This document shows positions 48,436 to 58,295 of a stretch of DNA of 64,000 nt, one piece after another (position 1 is the stretch's first letter; each line of letters starts with the position of its first letter). A model generated the notes under the pieces. The model worked only from the letters and a program-made list of their open reading frames with translations. It was not told the origin of the DNA and did no database searches. Source of the DNA: Patescibacteria group bacterium (GTDB taxonomy: Bacteria > Patescibacteriota > Minisyncoccia > Phycocordibacterales > EsbW-18); contig JBBTTA010000001.1 in assembly GCA_038064475.1 (NCBI GenBank), positions 47,086 through 111,085 on the forward strand. Direction: 5' to 3'. The position numbers and the translations under genes were made by a program.

Positions 48436-48869
48436 TAGACTGCGCCGATTTCACCCAAACGTTCTGCAAGCATGTCGGCCTCTTTTTCGATTCGTGTTGT
48501 GTACGAATCCCATGCTTTCTCGTTCCAAATTTCAACGCGTGATTGCAAACCTGCGAATACAACTTTTGTTTTGAGTCCTGCAAAGTCACGCAAGAAATCT
48601 GGAATGAGCATGCGGCCTGCTGCATCAACCTCAACTTCGGATGCACCGGCAAGCATGAATCGCGTGAAGCCACGCATATTTGCTTGTCCCATGCCCAACT
48701 CCCCCAAACGTTTTGCAATTGATGCCCATTCTTTTTGCGAGTAGAGAAACAAACATCCTTCAAGTCCTCGTGTTACGACGAGCTTCTTGCCCAACTCAGA
48801 ACGAAAACGAACAGGAAGCGATAAACGTTTTTTTTCGTCGAGTGTATGTGTGTATTCTCCGATGAGCAT
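48435..48869 (-). CDS. mraZ: Transcriptional regulator MraZ
   Basis: GEY.HTLDEKKRL.LP, VDAAGRMLIP, VEIW. Confidence 0.97.
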   Translation of the reverse strand: MLIGEYTHTLDEKKRLSLPVRFRSELGKKLVVTRGLEGCLFLYSQKEWASIAKRLGELGMGQANMRGFTRFMLAGASEVEVDAAGRMLIPDFLRDFAGLKTKVVFAGLQSRVEIWNEKAWDSYTTRIEKEADMLAERLGEIGAV

Positions 48870-48887
48870 ATCGATAGTACCCCTTTA

Positions 48888-48954
48888 CCACTTTCTCCCA
48901 CTTGAATATAAGTATATACCACTGACTCCCACCCCCCAACCTCGTCAACCCACC
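48888..48954 (-). promoter_or_regulatory. MraZ-binding boxes around the mraZ -10
   Basis: Minus strand GTGGGAGTCAGTGG...TATACT...GTGGGAGAAAGTGG, GTGG repeats with 10-bp period. Confidence 0.75.
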
Positions 48955-49020
48955 AAAACAGTGGATAAGTGCATAACAAAAAACCCGCCTTTTGGGCGGC
49001 TGTTTTTGAGGAGGTCTTTA

Positions 49021-50484
49021 CTAACCCTGTTCGTGCCGTGGCTTCATCAGAGGGAAAATCTGAGCCTCTCGAATGGGCTTATCTGCCATGAAAGAAAAGA
49101 GTCGTTCACCAAAGCCAAAACCGAATGTTGGTGGCATACCGTATTCGAGCATTTCAACATATTCGCTATCAAACATCATCGCTTCTTTATCGCCCTTTTC
49201 GATGAGCGCTTGTTGCGTTTTGAATCGCTCCATCTGATCGAGAGGATCGTTCAACTCATTGTGTGCGCGACCAATCTCACTTCCTGCAATAATCACTTGG
49301 AATGTTTTTGTAAGACGGTCATCATCAGGGTGCGCTTTTGAAAGAGGCGCAACAAGCTTTGGATGATGTACTAAAAATGCGGGGCCTGAAATATTTTTTC
49401 TACAATATTTCCACAACGTATCGGTGAGGCGTTCTCGTGTCGTTCCGTCAAACTTCACGTGAAGTTCTATAAGCTTTTCTTTGAGTTCCTCTTCGCTCGA
49501 CTCAAGCACATTTACACCCGTCATTTTTTCGACGGTTTTTACATACTCGAGCTCTTCCCATTCACCCTGCACATCAAAGGTGTGCCCGCGTGTTTCAAAG
49601 TGTGTTGTTCCAAATACTTCTTGTGCAAGCGTGCGGTAGAGATCCTGTACAAATTTCTTCCCTTCCTCAAAGGGCATATACGCCGCATAGAATTCCATAT
49701 TCGTGAATTCTTGGACATGTTCAAGGCTCGAGCCTTCATTACGATAAATGCGCCCAATCTCGAAAGTGCGCGGAATACCCGCTGCCATGAGCCGCTTCTG
49801 CCACAACTCACCAACGGAAATGCGCAGGTACACATCCAAATCAAAATCATTGTGATGTGTTTTAAAAGGCCGTGCTTCGGCACCTCCTGTTGTTACTTCA
49901 AGCGTTGGTGTCTCAACTTCGAGAAACCCTCGGTCTTTGAGGAATGTTCGAGTGACATCCCAAAATTTTGCTTTCTTTGCAAAAAGTTCTTTGAGTTCTG
50001 GGTGTGAAAGAATATCGAGGTAGCGACGACGTAAACGTTCTTCGACGTCAGTGATGCCAACCCACTTCTCCGGAAGCGAGCGAAGTGATTTTGAAAGGAT
50101 GTTCCATGTTGTTGCTTCAACTGACGGTTCCCCGCGTTTCGTATGTACAGGCTTACCTGTGACATCAATAAAATCTCCAATATCAATAGTTTCCAAAAAA
50201 AGATCAAATGCTTCGTCACCGAGCACATCGCGTTTCAAATATCCTTGCACCGTTTCGGTGCCGTCATGCATATCAGCAAACACAGTACCGCCGTGCTCAC
50301 GGATTGCCATGACACGTCCTGCGATTGTTACTTCCTTTTCTTCTTTCTCTTTCGCGTCAAAAGCTGCGAGAAGTTCTGCAATAGAAATAGTGCGCCCAGA
50401 CACAGGTGGGTAAGGATTGATACCTCGCTTTCGTATGCGCGCAAGCTTCTTCAATCGATCGTTTCGTATATCTTCCAAAGACAT
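49021..50484 (-). CDS. lysS: Lysyl-tRNA synthetase, class II
   Basis: RRRYLD, GGAEARPFKTH, RIYRNEG, LEYGMPPT. Confidence 0.97.
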   Translation of the reverse strand: MSLEDIRNDRLKKLARIRKRGINPYPPVSGRTISIAELLAAFDAKEKEEKEVTIAGRVMAIREHGGTVFADMHDGTETVQGYLKRDVLGDEAFDLFLETIDIGDFIDVTGKPVHTKRGEPSVEATTWNILSKSLRSLPEKWVGITDVEERLRRRYLDILSHPELKELFAKKAKFWDVTRTFLKDRGFLEVETPTLEVTTGGAEARPFKTHHNDFDLDVYLRISVGELWQKRLMAAGIPRTFEIGRIYRNEGSSLEHVQEFTNMEFYAAYMPFEEGKKFVQDLYRTLAQEVFGTTHFETRGHTFDVQGEWEELEYVKTVEKMTGVNVLESSEEELKEKLIELHVKFDGTTRERLTDTLWKYCRKNISGPAFLVHHPKLVAPLSKAHPDDDRLTKTFQVIIAGSEIGRAHNELNDPLDQMERFKTQQALIEKGDKEAMMFDSEYVEMLEYGMPPTFGFGFGERLFSFMADKPIREAQIFPLMKPRHEQG

Positions 50485-50574
50485 GGAGTTAAAAAGTAAG
50501 AAAGTAAAAGGTAATCAGTAATCAAACATTTCTTCTTACTCCCTTACCATTATTACCCTTTACGCCTTGTTTGC

Positions 50575-51042
50575 CTAGTCTATTTTGACGAGTGTGTATT
50601 CAATCTTCTTCCCCGCTGGATTCGTAAACATAAAGATTCCCCCTTTCTTTTTGCCCATCATTGCTTTACCCAAAGGAGAATTGAGTGAGATACGTCCTTC
50701 TGCCATGTTTGCCTCTTCAGAGCCAACAATGTGATATACCTTTGTATCGTCCTCACCCTTACGCTGAATTGACACCGTTGAACCAACTTCAACAGTATCG
50801 CTGTGATGTGGCTTCACAATCTCAACTGATTTTAAAACACCGGCGAGGTATTTGATGCGTGCTTCAATCTCCCCTTGCATCTGACGTGCTTGATGGTATT
50901 CGGCGTTTTCTGAAAGATCCCCGAGTGAACGAGCATACTCGAGCTGTTCAGCGATTTCAGTGCGCTTTTTCGTGGTTAAAAAATCAAGCTCGTTTTGGAG
51001 CTCGTCGTACTTCTCTTGTGAAAGATAGCTTTTCTCGTGCAT
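50575..51042 (-). CDS. greA: Transcription elongation factor GreA
   Basis: GDLSENAEY, ISLNSPLGKAM. Confidence 0.97.
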   Translation of the reverse strand: MHEKSYLSQEKYDELQNELDFLTTKKRTEIAEQLEYARSLGDLSENAEYHQARQMQGEIEARIKYLAGVLKSVEIVKPHHSDTVEVGSTVSIQRKGEDDTKVYHIVGSEEANMAEGRISLNSPLGKAMMGKKKGGIFMFTNPAGKKIEYTLVKID

Positions 51043-51100
51043 GTATTCGCATTACTCTATAGAAAAACGCCAAAAAGTCAATCAAAACTGGTCGAATAGC

Positions 51101-52819
51101 TTACTCAAAATATTCCGGAGCATTCTGGTTCATCCAATCAAAAAGCCCTCGCATAACGAATGCCGAACCGACAAGATTGGTTGCTGGACCGCGTTCCATC
51201 ACGGTCGCGAACGCATACTGTGGTTTTTCGTATGGCCAAAACCCCATGACCCACGAGTTCACGTTCGCTTTTGTCACACCCAACTCCGCCGTTCCTGTTT
51301 TTGCGGCAATGTTTACATACGACACATTCAACGCTTGTGCTGTTCCTAGAAGTGCCCCCCGACGCATGCCTTCGCGAACGATTTGTAGAGATTCTGGAGA
51401 AATACCAATACGATCTGACGCACCTTGCTCACTGTCCATACGGAGATGCGGTGTAATTAAAAGTCCATCGCTTGCAATCATAGACATCGCACGCACCATT
51501 TGGAGTGGTGTCGCCTGAAAACCATATTGCCCAATCGATGTGTTGTATGTGTCACCGAGACGCCATGGATCATCAGGAAATAGTTCTGCTTTCCATTTTT
51601 CACTTGGAATCACCCCTGCTACTTCTCCAGCAATGTCGATCCCCGTTTCTTTACCGATTTGGAAAAGTTGCGCATATCTTTCAAGTCCTTTGATGCCGAG
51701 GCCTTTTTGATCCCCAAAACCGCCCCCAATCGTCATAAAGTACACGTTTGATGAGACAGCGATTGCCTGTCGCATATCAACAGCACCATGCGCTTTCCAA
51801 TCTTTAAAAATTGTTGGATTTTCTGGATCATATGGGTTTGGCACACGAAGTGCTCCATCACTGTAAATGGTCTTTAGTGGGTCAATGATTTTTTCTTCCA
51901 AGGCACCTGTTGCAAAAAACGGCTTCATAATAGATCCCGGTGTGTAGAGTCCACCAATAGCACGGTTTAAAAATGGCGTTGTCTCGTCAAGTTGATACGA
52001 TGCAATGAGGTCCGCGTCTCCACCGTCCGTCATCACGTTTGAATCAAATTCAGGAAAACTGACGAGTGCCAACACCTCACCGGTGTGTACATCAAGAATG
52101 ATTGACGCCCCCCCTCGAAACCCTACATCTGTCGCGAGAGCCTTCATACGCTCATACAATTCGTGCTGAATTCTGCTATCGATTGAAATGTAGAGTTCCT
52201 CGCCTGCTTCAGGTTCATCAATGACTGATGTTGAAATAATGTCACCCAATGCGTCACGTTCAACAATCGTGCGTCCCGTTTCTCCCTTTAATCGTGCATC
52301 GTACGATTCTTCAATACCCGAAATACCCTCCATATCTGTTTGAAAATAATTTCCGGCATTATCTTTCTTTGGATAACTCACAAAGCCAAGCACGTGCGAA
52401 AGTCCTGATTCCTCAAAATAAACTCGACGCGTAAAGTCTTCTTGTTCTGTTGTTGTCGCCGTTGTTGAGCTCGTGTGTTCAAACAGCTCGTTCCATGCCA
52501 AGGGCACGCTGTTCCTGTCATAGATAACGCCACGCTCTGCAAACAAAATAGTGTTATCGAGACGGTTATGTTCAGACTGCTCGTACAATGCTTCACCACG
52601 CACAACAGAAAGCACGAAGACGCGTCCGGTCAAAAGCACAACAAGAAATATAAGCACCCCTGAGAATATCCAAATAGTTGATCGGTGTATCGGACGTTCG
52701 ATGCGTCCTTCAAATTGATCTCGGTTAAATCGCGGACTATTGTGCACATCAAGAAAAATCTCATCAGGTGCGATGTCTTTGGTGCGATGAACAATGTTAG
52801 GACGTTTGGAAAACATCAT
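51101..52819 (-). CDS. mrdA: Penicillin-binding protein 2
   Basis: PGSIMKP, SSNVYF, IGQ, KTGTAE; downstream of mreBC. Confidence 0.88.
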   Translation of the reverse strand: MMFSKRPNIVHRTKDIAPDEIFLDVHNSPRFNRDQFEGRIERPIHRSTIWIFSGVLIFLVVLLTGRVFVLSVVRGEALYEQSEHNRLDNTILFAERGVIYDRNSVPLAWNELFEHTSSTTATTTEQEDFTRRVYFEESGLSHVLGFVSYPKKDNAGNYFQTDMEGISGIEESYDARLKGETGRTIVERDALGDIISTSVIDEPEAGEELYISIDSRIQHELYERMKALATDVGFRGGASIILDVHTGEVLALVSFPEFDSNVMTDGGDADLIASYQLDETTPFLNRAIGGLYTPGSIMKPFFATGALEEKIIDPLKTIYSDGALRVPNPYDPENPTIFKDWKAHGAVDMRQAIAVSSNVYFMTIGGGFGDQKGLGIKGLERYAQLFQIGKETGIDIAGEVAGVIPSEKWKAELFPDDPWRLGDTYNTSIGQYGFQATPLQMVRAMSMIASDGLLITPHLRMDSEQGASDRIGISPESLQIVREGMRRGALLGTAQALNVSYVNIAAKTGTAELGVTKANVNSWVMGFWPYEKPQYAFATVMERGPATNLVGSAFVMRGLFDWMNQNAPEYFE

Positions 52820-53066
52820 GGCGTAAGCGCGGTACAAGCATATACGTGTAGATGAGATACACAAGTGCTGTCGCGAGTGTGAAAAATCCCGAAATACCAA
52901 AGATAGTACCGCCGTACGTCAGATCAAAGAGAAGTGCAACAAAAACGACTTCAAGGTAGCGCGGAAACGACATAAGTGCAGCCACAAGCCCCGCAACAAC
53001 AAGCCACCACGGTACAAAGTACACAGCGAGTGCCAATATGAGCGTTGTTATGAGGCGCTGTATCAT
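52797..53066 (-). CDS. Small membrane protein at the mreD position
   Basis: 89 aa, hydrophobic, ALLFDLTYG; between mreC and mrdA. Confidence 0.6.
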   Translation of the reverse strand: MIQRLITTLILALAVYFVPWWLVVAGLVAALMSFPRYLEVVFVALLFDLTYGGTIFGISGFFTLATALVYLIYTYMLVPRLRHDVFQTS

Positions 53067-53851
53067 GGTGTGTGCTCAACTCCGACATGGCGCAAGGTGT
53101 AGACGTTTACGGGTATTACCGCATGCACTGTTTTATACGCCTCTGTTTGATCAACTGATACACTCGTCACAAATGCTACAACTTTTTCTGGTGTCGATTG
53201 AAGTGTCAGTGCGTCATCAACCGCAACCACAGTATCTTGTGGCACTCGAAGAATGAATGAACCGCCTCCCTGTCCCTTTGCGACAACTGGATCCCCTGTC
53301 TTTGCGAGAGTAAATGCTGTTTCTTTTTCTGGTGACGAAAAGAGCTCAACACGTGCTGTTGTCTTTCCTGCTTCTGTAATTTTACCAATGACTGCGTGAT
53401 TGTATGCAATCACAACATCTCCCACACGAATACCAGCGCTTGTCCCAACGTCAAGAATAAGAATGTCATACGGAGTTGTTGCTGGTGTTGCGAGTACGGT
53501 TGCGATTTTCGCATCTGCCGAGAGCTCTTCACTGAGCGCGTGAATCTCGTCATACATGCGCTTCATGTCATCATAGAGCGCTGCTTTGAGTTTTAATGTT
53601 GCAATCTCCTCTTCCAGTTTTTTATTTTCTTCGGCAAGCTTTACTTTGTCTGACCATGCAGCACCAAAAAGTCCAAAACCGTCTCCAATAGCAACACGCA
53701 GTCCCATCAAAGATACCCCCGCGCCTCGCGTCGCATTTTCAAGCGGCTGTGGTGAAAAGAACGCAAGTACAACAACAATAAGCAAAATACTTATTGTTGT
53801 GATAAATCCAATATTTCTGTCGCGTGTATTATGCCGTTGGGGGAAGGACAT
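53063..53851 (-). CDS. mreC: Rod-shape protein MreC
   Basis: TM, LAEENKKL coiled coil, ILDVGTSAGIRVGDVV; start ATG 53851. Confidence 0.85.
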   Translation of the reverse strand: MSFPQRHNTRDRNIGFITTISILLIVVVLAFFSPQPLENATRGAGVSLMGLRVAIGDGFGLFGAAWSDKVKLAEENKKLEEEIATLKLKAALYDDMKRMYDEIHALSEELSADAKIATVLATPATTPYDILILDVGTSAGIRVGDVVIAYNHAVIGKITEAGKTTARVELFSSPEKETAFTLAKTGDPVVAKGQGGGSFILRVPQDTVVAVDDALTLQSTPEKVVAFVTSVSVDQTEAYKTVHAVIPVNVYTLRHVGVEHTP

Positions 53852-54893
53852 AGTCTTCGGTGACAATAACGTCACGATATCGCTCTGTATCTTCAACAAC
53901 CATACCAGTACCACGTGCAACTGATGTCAACGGATCGTCAGCGATATACACGGGCACATGCAACCACTCAGAGAGAAACGTATCAAAACCACGAATGAGT
54001 GCGCCACCACCGACAAGGTAAATTCCTCGGCGCATCACATCAGACACAATCTCCGGTGGCGTTGTTTCAAGTACTTCTTTAATCGCTTCGACCAATGTAT
54101 CAATTGAAGGACCAATCGCTTCACGCACATCAGCATCCGTCACAATCACTTCGCGAGGAAGTCCTGTCACCAAATCACGGCCGCGCACCGTCACTTCAAG
54201 GGGCACTGGACCGGGGATAATCGCGCCTGCCTGAATCTTCACATCCTCTGCCGTTCGCTCACCAATAAGAATTTTAAATTCATCACGAATATACGTCATG
54301 ATGTCGTTATTGAGTCTATCCCCCGCAACCTTAATATTCTTGCCGTTTACAACACCATTGAGAGAAATAACCGTGATATCAGTCGTACCACCACCAATAT
54401 CAACCACCATGCTCCCTGACGCGTCTTCAATTGGAAGGCGAATACCAAGTGCTGCCGCTGTTGGTTGTTCCATCACGTGTACTTCGCGCGCACCAGCGTT
54501 CTTTGCTGCATCACGCACCGCACGACGTTCAACGTTTGTCGTTCCAAAAGGAACTCCAATCACGACACGTGGTCCCAATAATTTTTTTCCTTCTCCTTGT
54601 GCACGACGAATGAGGTGCGCCAAAAATTCTTCAGTCACTTCGAAGTCAGAAATCACACCATCGACGAGCGGACGAATTGCAGTGATGTGTTCCGGCGTGC
54701 GACCAAGCATTCGTTTTGCTTCATGTCCGATCGCAACTACTTGTCCTGTCTTTTGGTTGATGGCGACAACCGTTGGTTCATTAATGATGATGCCTTTGCC
54801 ACGCACATAGACGAGCGTGTTCGCAGTGCCTAAATCGACACCAATATCATCAGACATAAAGCCCCTCACCTTTTGTCGGAGTTTTTTCCACAT
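53829..54893 (-). CDS. mreB: Rod-shape protein MreB (operon copy)
   Basis: GVDLGTANT, RPLVDGVISD, VDIGGGTTD, GGGAL. Confidence 0.96.
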   Translation of the reverse strand: MWKKLRQKVRGFMSDDIGVDLGTANTLVYVRGKGIIINEPTVVAINQKTGQVVAIGHEAKRMLGRTPEHITAIRPLVDGVISDFEVTEEFLAHLIRRAQGEGKKLLGPRVVIGVPFGTTNVERRAVRDAAKNAGAREVHVMEQPTAAALGIRLPIEDASGSMVVDIGGGTTDITVISLNGVVNGKNIKVAGDRLNNDIMTYIRDEFKILIGERTAEDVKIQAGAIIPGPVPLEVTVRGRDLVTGLPREVIVTDADVREAIGPSIDTLVEAIKEVLETTPPEIVSDVMRRGIYLVGGGALIRGFDTFLSEWLHVPVYIADDPLTSVARGTGMVVEDTERYRDVIVTEDYVLPPTA

Positions 54894-54948
54894 TGCCTAC
54901 CAATTCTAACGGTATTTGGGTAGATAGCAAAATTGACAGGCGGAATAT

Positions 54949-56199
54949 CTATGCCCGTTTTGGAAGTAGTGAAAGAAGCTCATCGTATGAAAGAGACTTC
55001 GCTTCGTCGTCAGTTCTACGTTTTACTTCAAATGTATCGATGTTAGCGTTCTTTGTTGAGACAACAACACGAAGAGGAATACCAATAAGATCAGCGTCAG
55101 CGAACTTTTCTCCTGGGCGGAGGTCGCGATCGTCATACAAAACCTCGTAGCCTGCACCTTCAAGCTTTGCAATAAGCTCTTCTGCACGACCTGACACGTT
55201 TTCTTCACCCTCTTTCGCTAACGACACCACATGTACATCAAATGGTGAGACTGCCGCAGGCCATACAATTCCTTTTTCGTCGGACAACTTTTCAACAATC
55301 GTACCAAGCAAACGTCCAAGACCAATACCATAACAACCCATGATGACAGGAACATTCACACCTGCTTCGTTTTTATACGTCAATGCAAATGGGTCTGAAT
55401 ATTTCGTTCCGAGTTTAAAAATGTTACCAACTTCAACCGCTTTCTTTGGTTCAAGTGGCCCCTTACAGTTTGGACATGTTGACTGCTCCGAAAGTATTTC
55501 TCCGTTCACCGCAACTTTACACTTCTCACATACGTGAATGTTGTCTTCACCAGAATCTGTAAGAGTTTGAAATTCGTGGGAGTATTTTGAAAATGAACTT
55601 CCCGATGCGAGCGTCAAATATGTTTCATCCCCAATGCCGGCACGGTCATACACATTCTGGTATACCTTCGTCATGATGTCGTAATACGTATCGAGGTCTT
55701 CTTGATTTGCATGGAACGAGTAAAGATCCTTCATGATGAACTCTCGGCCGCGCAAAATACCTGCTTTCGCACGCAATTCCATGCGAAATTTATTTTGTAT
55801 TTGATAGGCACTCCTTGGAAGATCTTTATATGATGAAATATATTCGCGCATGATTGGCACGATGATTTCTTCGTGTGTTGGACCAAGTGCCACTTCACGT
55901 CCTGATGAATCAGCAACTTTATAGAGATCCGTCATGCTGTCCCAACGTCCTGTCGCAAGCCAGTTTTCTTTTGGGTGAAACGATGACATCAAAAGCTCCT
56001 GCCCTCCTGCTTTGTTCATTTCATCACGAATAATGTGTGCAATTTTATTCAACACACGCAAACCGAGGGGCAAAAATGAGTACACCCCTGCCATTTCTTT
56101 GTGTACAAAACCGCCACGAATAAGAAGCTGTGCATTCTTTGCAATTTCGTCTGCTGGCGCTTCTTTGCGTGTTTTTGTAAAAAGGTCTGATTGTCGCAT
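54949..56199 (-). CDS. proS: Prolyl-tRNA synthetase, short form without INS editing domain
   Basis: LGPTHEE, KFRMELR..GILRGREFIMKDLYSF, EVGNIFKLG, MGCYGIG; start ATG 56199. Confidence 0.96.
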   Translation of the reverse strand: MRQSDLFTKTRKEAPADEIAKNAQLLIRGGFVHKEMAGVYSFLPLGLRVLNKIAHIIRDEMNKAGGQELLMSSFHPKENWLATGRWDSMTDLYKVADSSGREVALGPTHEEIIVPIMREYISSYKDLPRSAYQIQNKFRMELRAKAGILRGREFIMKDLYSFHANQEDLDTYYDIMTKVYQNVYDRAGIGDETYLTLASGSSFSKYSHEFQTLTDSGEDNIHVCEKCKVAVNGEILSEQSTCPNCKGPLEPKKAVEVGNIFKLGTKYSDPFALTYKNEAGVNVPVIMGCYGIGLGRLLGTIVEKLSDEKGIVWPAAVSPFDVHVVSLAKEGEENVSGRAEELIAKLEGAGYEVLYDDRDLRPGEKFADADLIGIPLRVVVSTKNANIDTFEVKRRTDDEAKSLSYDELLSLLPKRA

Positions 56200-56321
56200 T
56201 GCTCTATTGTACGTTCCGATGAGACATCTCACAAGTAATCCCCTCATAGATTGCGGTCTATTTAAAGGGAGTGCTAATCTGAGAGTCAGACCTTGTTCTC
56301 CACCGAAAGAAAGGAATTGCC

Positions 56322-56534
56322 ATGGTGAAAAGAGATAGCTGTGAGCGAATAATTCAGTTGCTCTACGCCGTCCGCCGAGAGTCAGATCAGTCGCCGTTAA
56401 GTGACGACCTAAAGTCGACCATTGACCGCTTAACAAAACGGTATGCTACGAAAATCAGACACGAAAAACGTCGGATGATGCGTGGTCAGATGTCTTTGCC
56501 ACTTTGCGACAGTGACGGTGCCCCAGCGTACTGA
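56322..56534 (+). CDS. Orphan 70-aa protein with QMSLPL motif
   Basis: SD AAAGGA; promoter TTGCGG-18-TAATCT (56251-56280); terminator 56547-56577. Confidence 0.65.
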   Translation: MVKRDSCERIIQLLYAVRRESDQSPLSDDLKSTIDRLTKRYATKIRHEKRRMMRGQMSLPLCDSDGAPAY

Positions 56535-56546
56535 GGCATTCCAATA

Positions 56547-56577
56547 AGAAAACCTGCCGAACGGCAGGTTTTTCTTT
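56547..56577. terminator. Bidirectional terminator
   Basis: AAAACCTGCCG-AA-CGGCAGGTTTT. Confidence 0.8.
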
Positions 56578-57672
56578 TTAAAACAATTTCACAATGTCAC
56601 TAATCGTGACGACAAGCATTAAGAGAATAAGAAATCCAAAACCAATTGTATTTACCACTTGAGCCGTCTTTGCTTTAATCGGAGTTCCTTTGATTGTTTC
56701 AATGATGACAAAAAGAATACGTCCTCCATCAAGCGCTGGAAATGGAAGCAGATTTAAAACAGCAAGGTTAAGAGAAATAAGTGCGGTGAATGAAAGAAGT
56801 GCAACGATTCCACGTGATGCAGCGTCACCCACGAGTCCTGCAATACCAACTGGACCTGCAACTTGTGAGAAATCCGCGGCACCTGTAACTGCATCTCCAA
56901 TAAAGTGTATAAGACCCACAGCGATTGCCCATGTAAGCTCTCCTGTTGTACGCAAACCTTCAGCAACAGCAACGTGTGGTGGAAGTTTCACCAAGCCAAC
57001 AAAATCAAGACCAACACCAATAACACCGCGTCCTGTTTCTACATTTTCTCGCGGTATTATTTCAACCGCAGTAATAACATCGAGACGACGGTAGCCAAGT
57101 GTAAATGGTTCGCCCGCACGTGCACCAACAAATTCTTGTACTTCTTCTACCGTTGGATTTTCAATACGGTCTGTTGATTGTGGAAGTTCAATGTAGGCAA
57201 TTTCATCTCCCGCCGTAAGTCCTGCATCTGCGGCAACACTTCCAGAAATAACTTCAATGAGCGTTGTTGTAGGCGTGCCAATGACTCCCGCTGTTTCTGG
57301 CGTCACTGATGTCGGAAGGCCTGTCATGAAGCTTGTTGAAATAAGTGCCCACGCAAGCAAGAAGTTGAAAATAACACCAGCAGAAAGAAGCCAAATCTTT
57401 GTGAGGGGCCCCTTTGCCATCATATTTCGTGGATCCGACACCACGCCCTCTTCCCCGTCTTCACCGACGATTTTTACAAAACCGCCAAACGGAATCCAGT
57501 TCAATGAATATGTTGTTTCGCTATTTTCTGGCTTCCATGACACAACCTTTGGAGGAAAACCAAGCCCGAATTCATCCACACGCACGCCCGCTGACTTTGC
57601 CGCAAGAAAATGCCCGAGCTCATGCACGAGAATCAAAACGGCGAGTACGATAATGAAAATAAGTACAGACAT
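56578..57672 (-). CDS. rseP: Site-2 (M50) intramembrane protease with PDZ domain
   Basis: HELGH, IPFGGFVKI, NLLPFPALDGG; start ATG 57672. Confidence 0.93.
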   Translation of the reverse strand: MSVLIFIIVLAVLILVHELGHFLAAKSAGVRVDEFGLGFPPKVVSWKPENSETTYSLNWIPFGGFVKIVGEDGEEGVVSDPRNMMAKGPLTKIWLLSAGVIFNFLLAWALISTSFMTGLPTSVTPETAGVIGTPTTTLIEVISGSVAADAGLTAGDEIAYIELPQSTDRIENPTVEEVQEFVGARAGEPFTLGYRRLDVITAVEIIPRENVETGRGVIGVGLDFVGLVKLPPHVAVAEGLRTTGELTWAIAVGLIHFIGDAVTGAADFSQVAGPVGIAGLVGDAASRGIVALLSFTALISLNLAVLNLLPFPALDGGRILFVIIETIKGTPIKAKTAQVVNTIGFGFLILLMLVVTISDIVKLF

Positions 57673-57673
57673 G

Positions 57674-58225
57674 TTAGCCTCGGATTTCGTCTTCCTTTCG
57701 TTTTGCAACCGCTTCTAATGCTTCATTCATTTCTTTCACACTCTTTTCCATGTCTTCTTTGCCACGAAATTTTTCGTCTTCAGAAAGTTTTCCGTCTTTT
57801 TCTTGTGACTGAATATCGCTCCACACTTCTTCGCGCGCACTACGAACAGAAATACGCGCTTCTTCGAGTTTCTTACCAACAATTTTTACGTACTTCTCAC
57901 GGCTCTCTCCGGTGAGTTCAGGAAAAATAACACGAATACCTTTATCGTCTGCAGACACAGATACACCGAGATTTGCCTCACGAAGTGCGCTGTCGATTGC
58001 CCCCATTGCCCCTTTATCCCACGGAACAATACGAATTGAACGCGCATCTTCAACCGTCATGTTTGCAACCTGCTGGAGTGGCATAAAATTGCCGTATACT
58101 TCTGCGCGAATACCATCAAGAAGCGCGATTGATGCACGTCCTGTGTGAATCGCCGAAAGCTCTTTCTTAAGCCACTCTTCAATTTCCTTTCCTTTTGCTT
58201 TAAATCCACTGAGATTATAGGCCAT
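57674..58225 (-). CDS. frr: Ribosome recycling factor
   Basis: IHTGRAS..LLD, PELTGESR, EEARISVR, SEDE; start ATG 58225. Confidence 0.96.
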   Translation of the reverse strand: MAYNLSGFKAKGKEIEEWLKKELSAIHTGRASIALLDGIRAEVYGNFMPLQQVANMTVEDARSIRIVPWDKGAMGAIDSALREANLGVSVSADDKGIRVIFPELTGESREKYVKIVGKKLEEARISVRSAREEVWSDIQSQEKDGKLSEDEKFRGKEDMEKSVKEMNEALEAVAKRKEDEIRG

Positions 58226-58295
58226 AACGTCATTATACCACAAAAAGAAAACGCCCAACTCCAATTTTTACTGGGGGCTGGGCGCTGTATTCATA

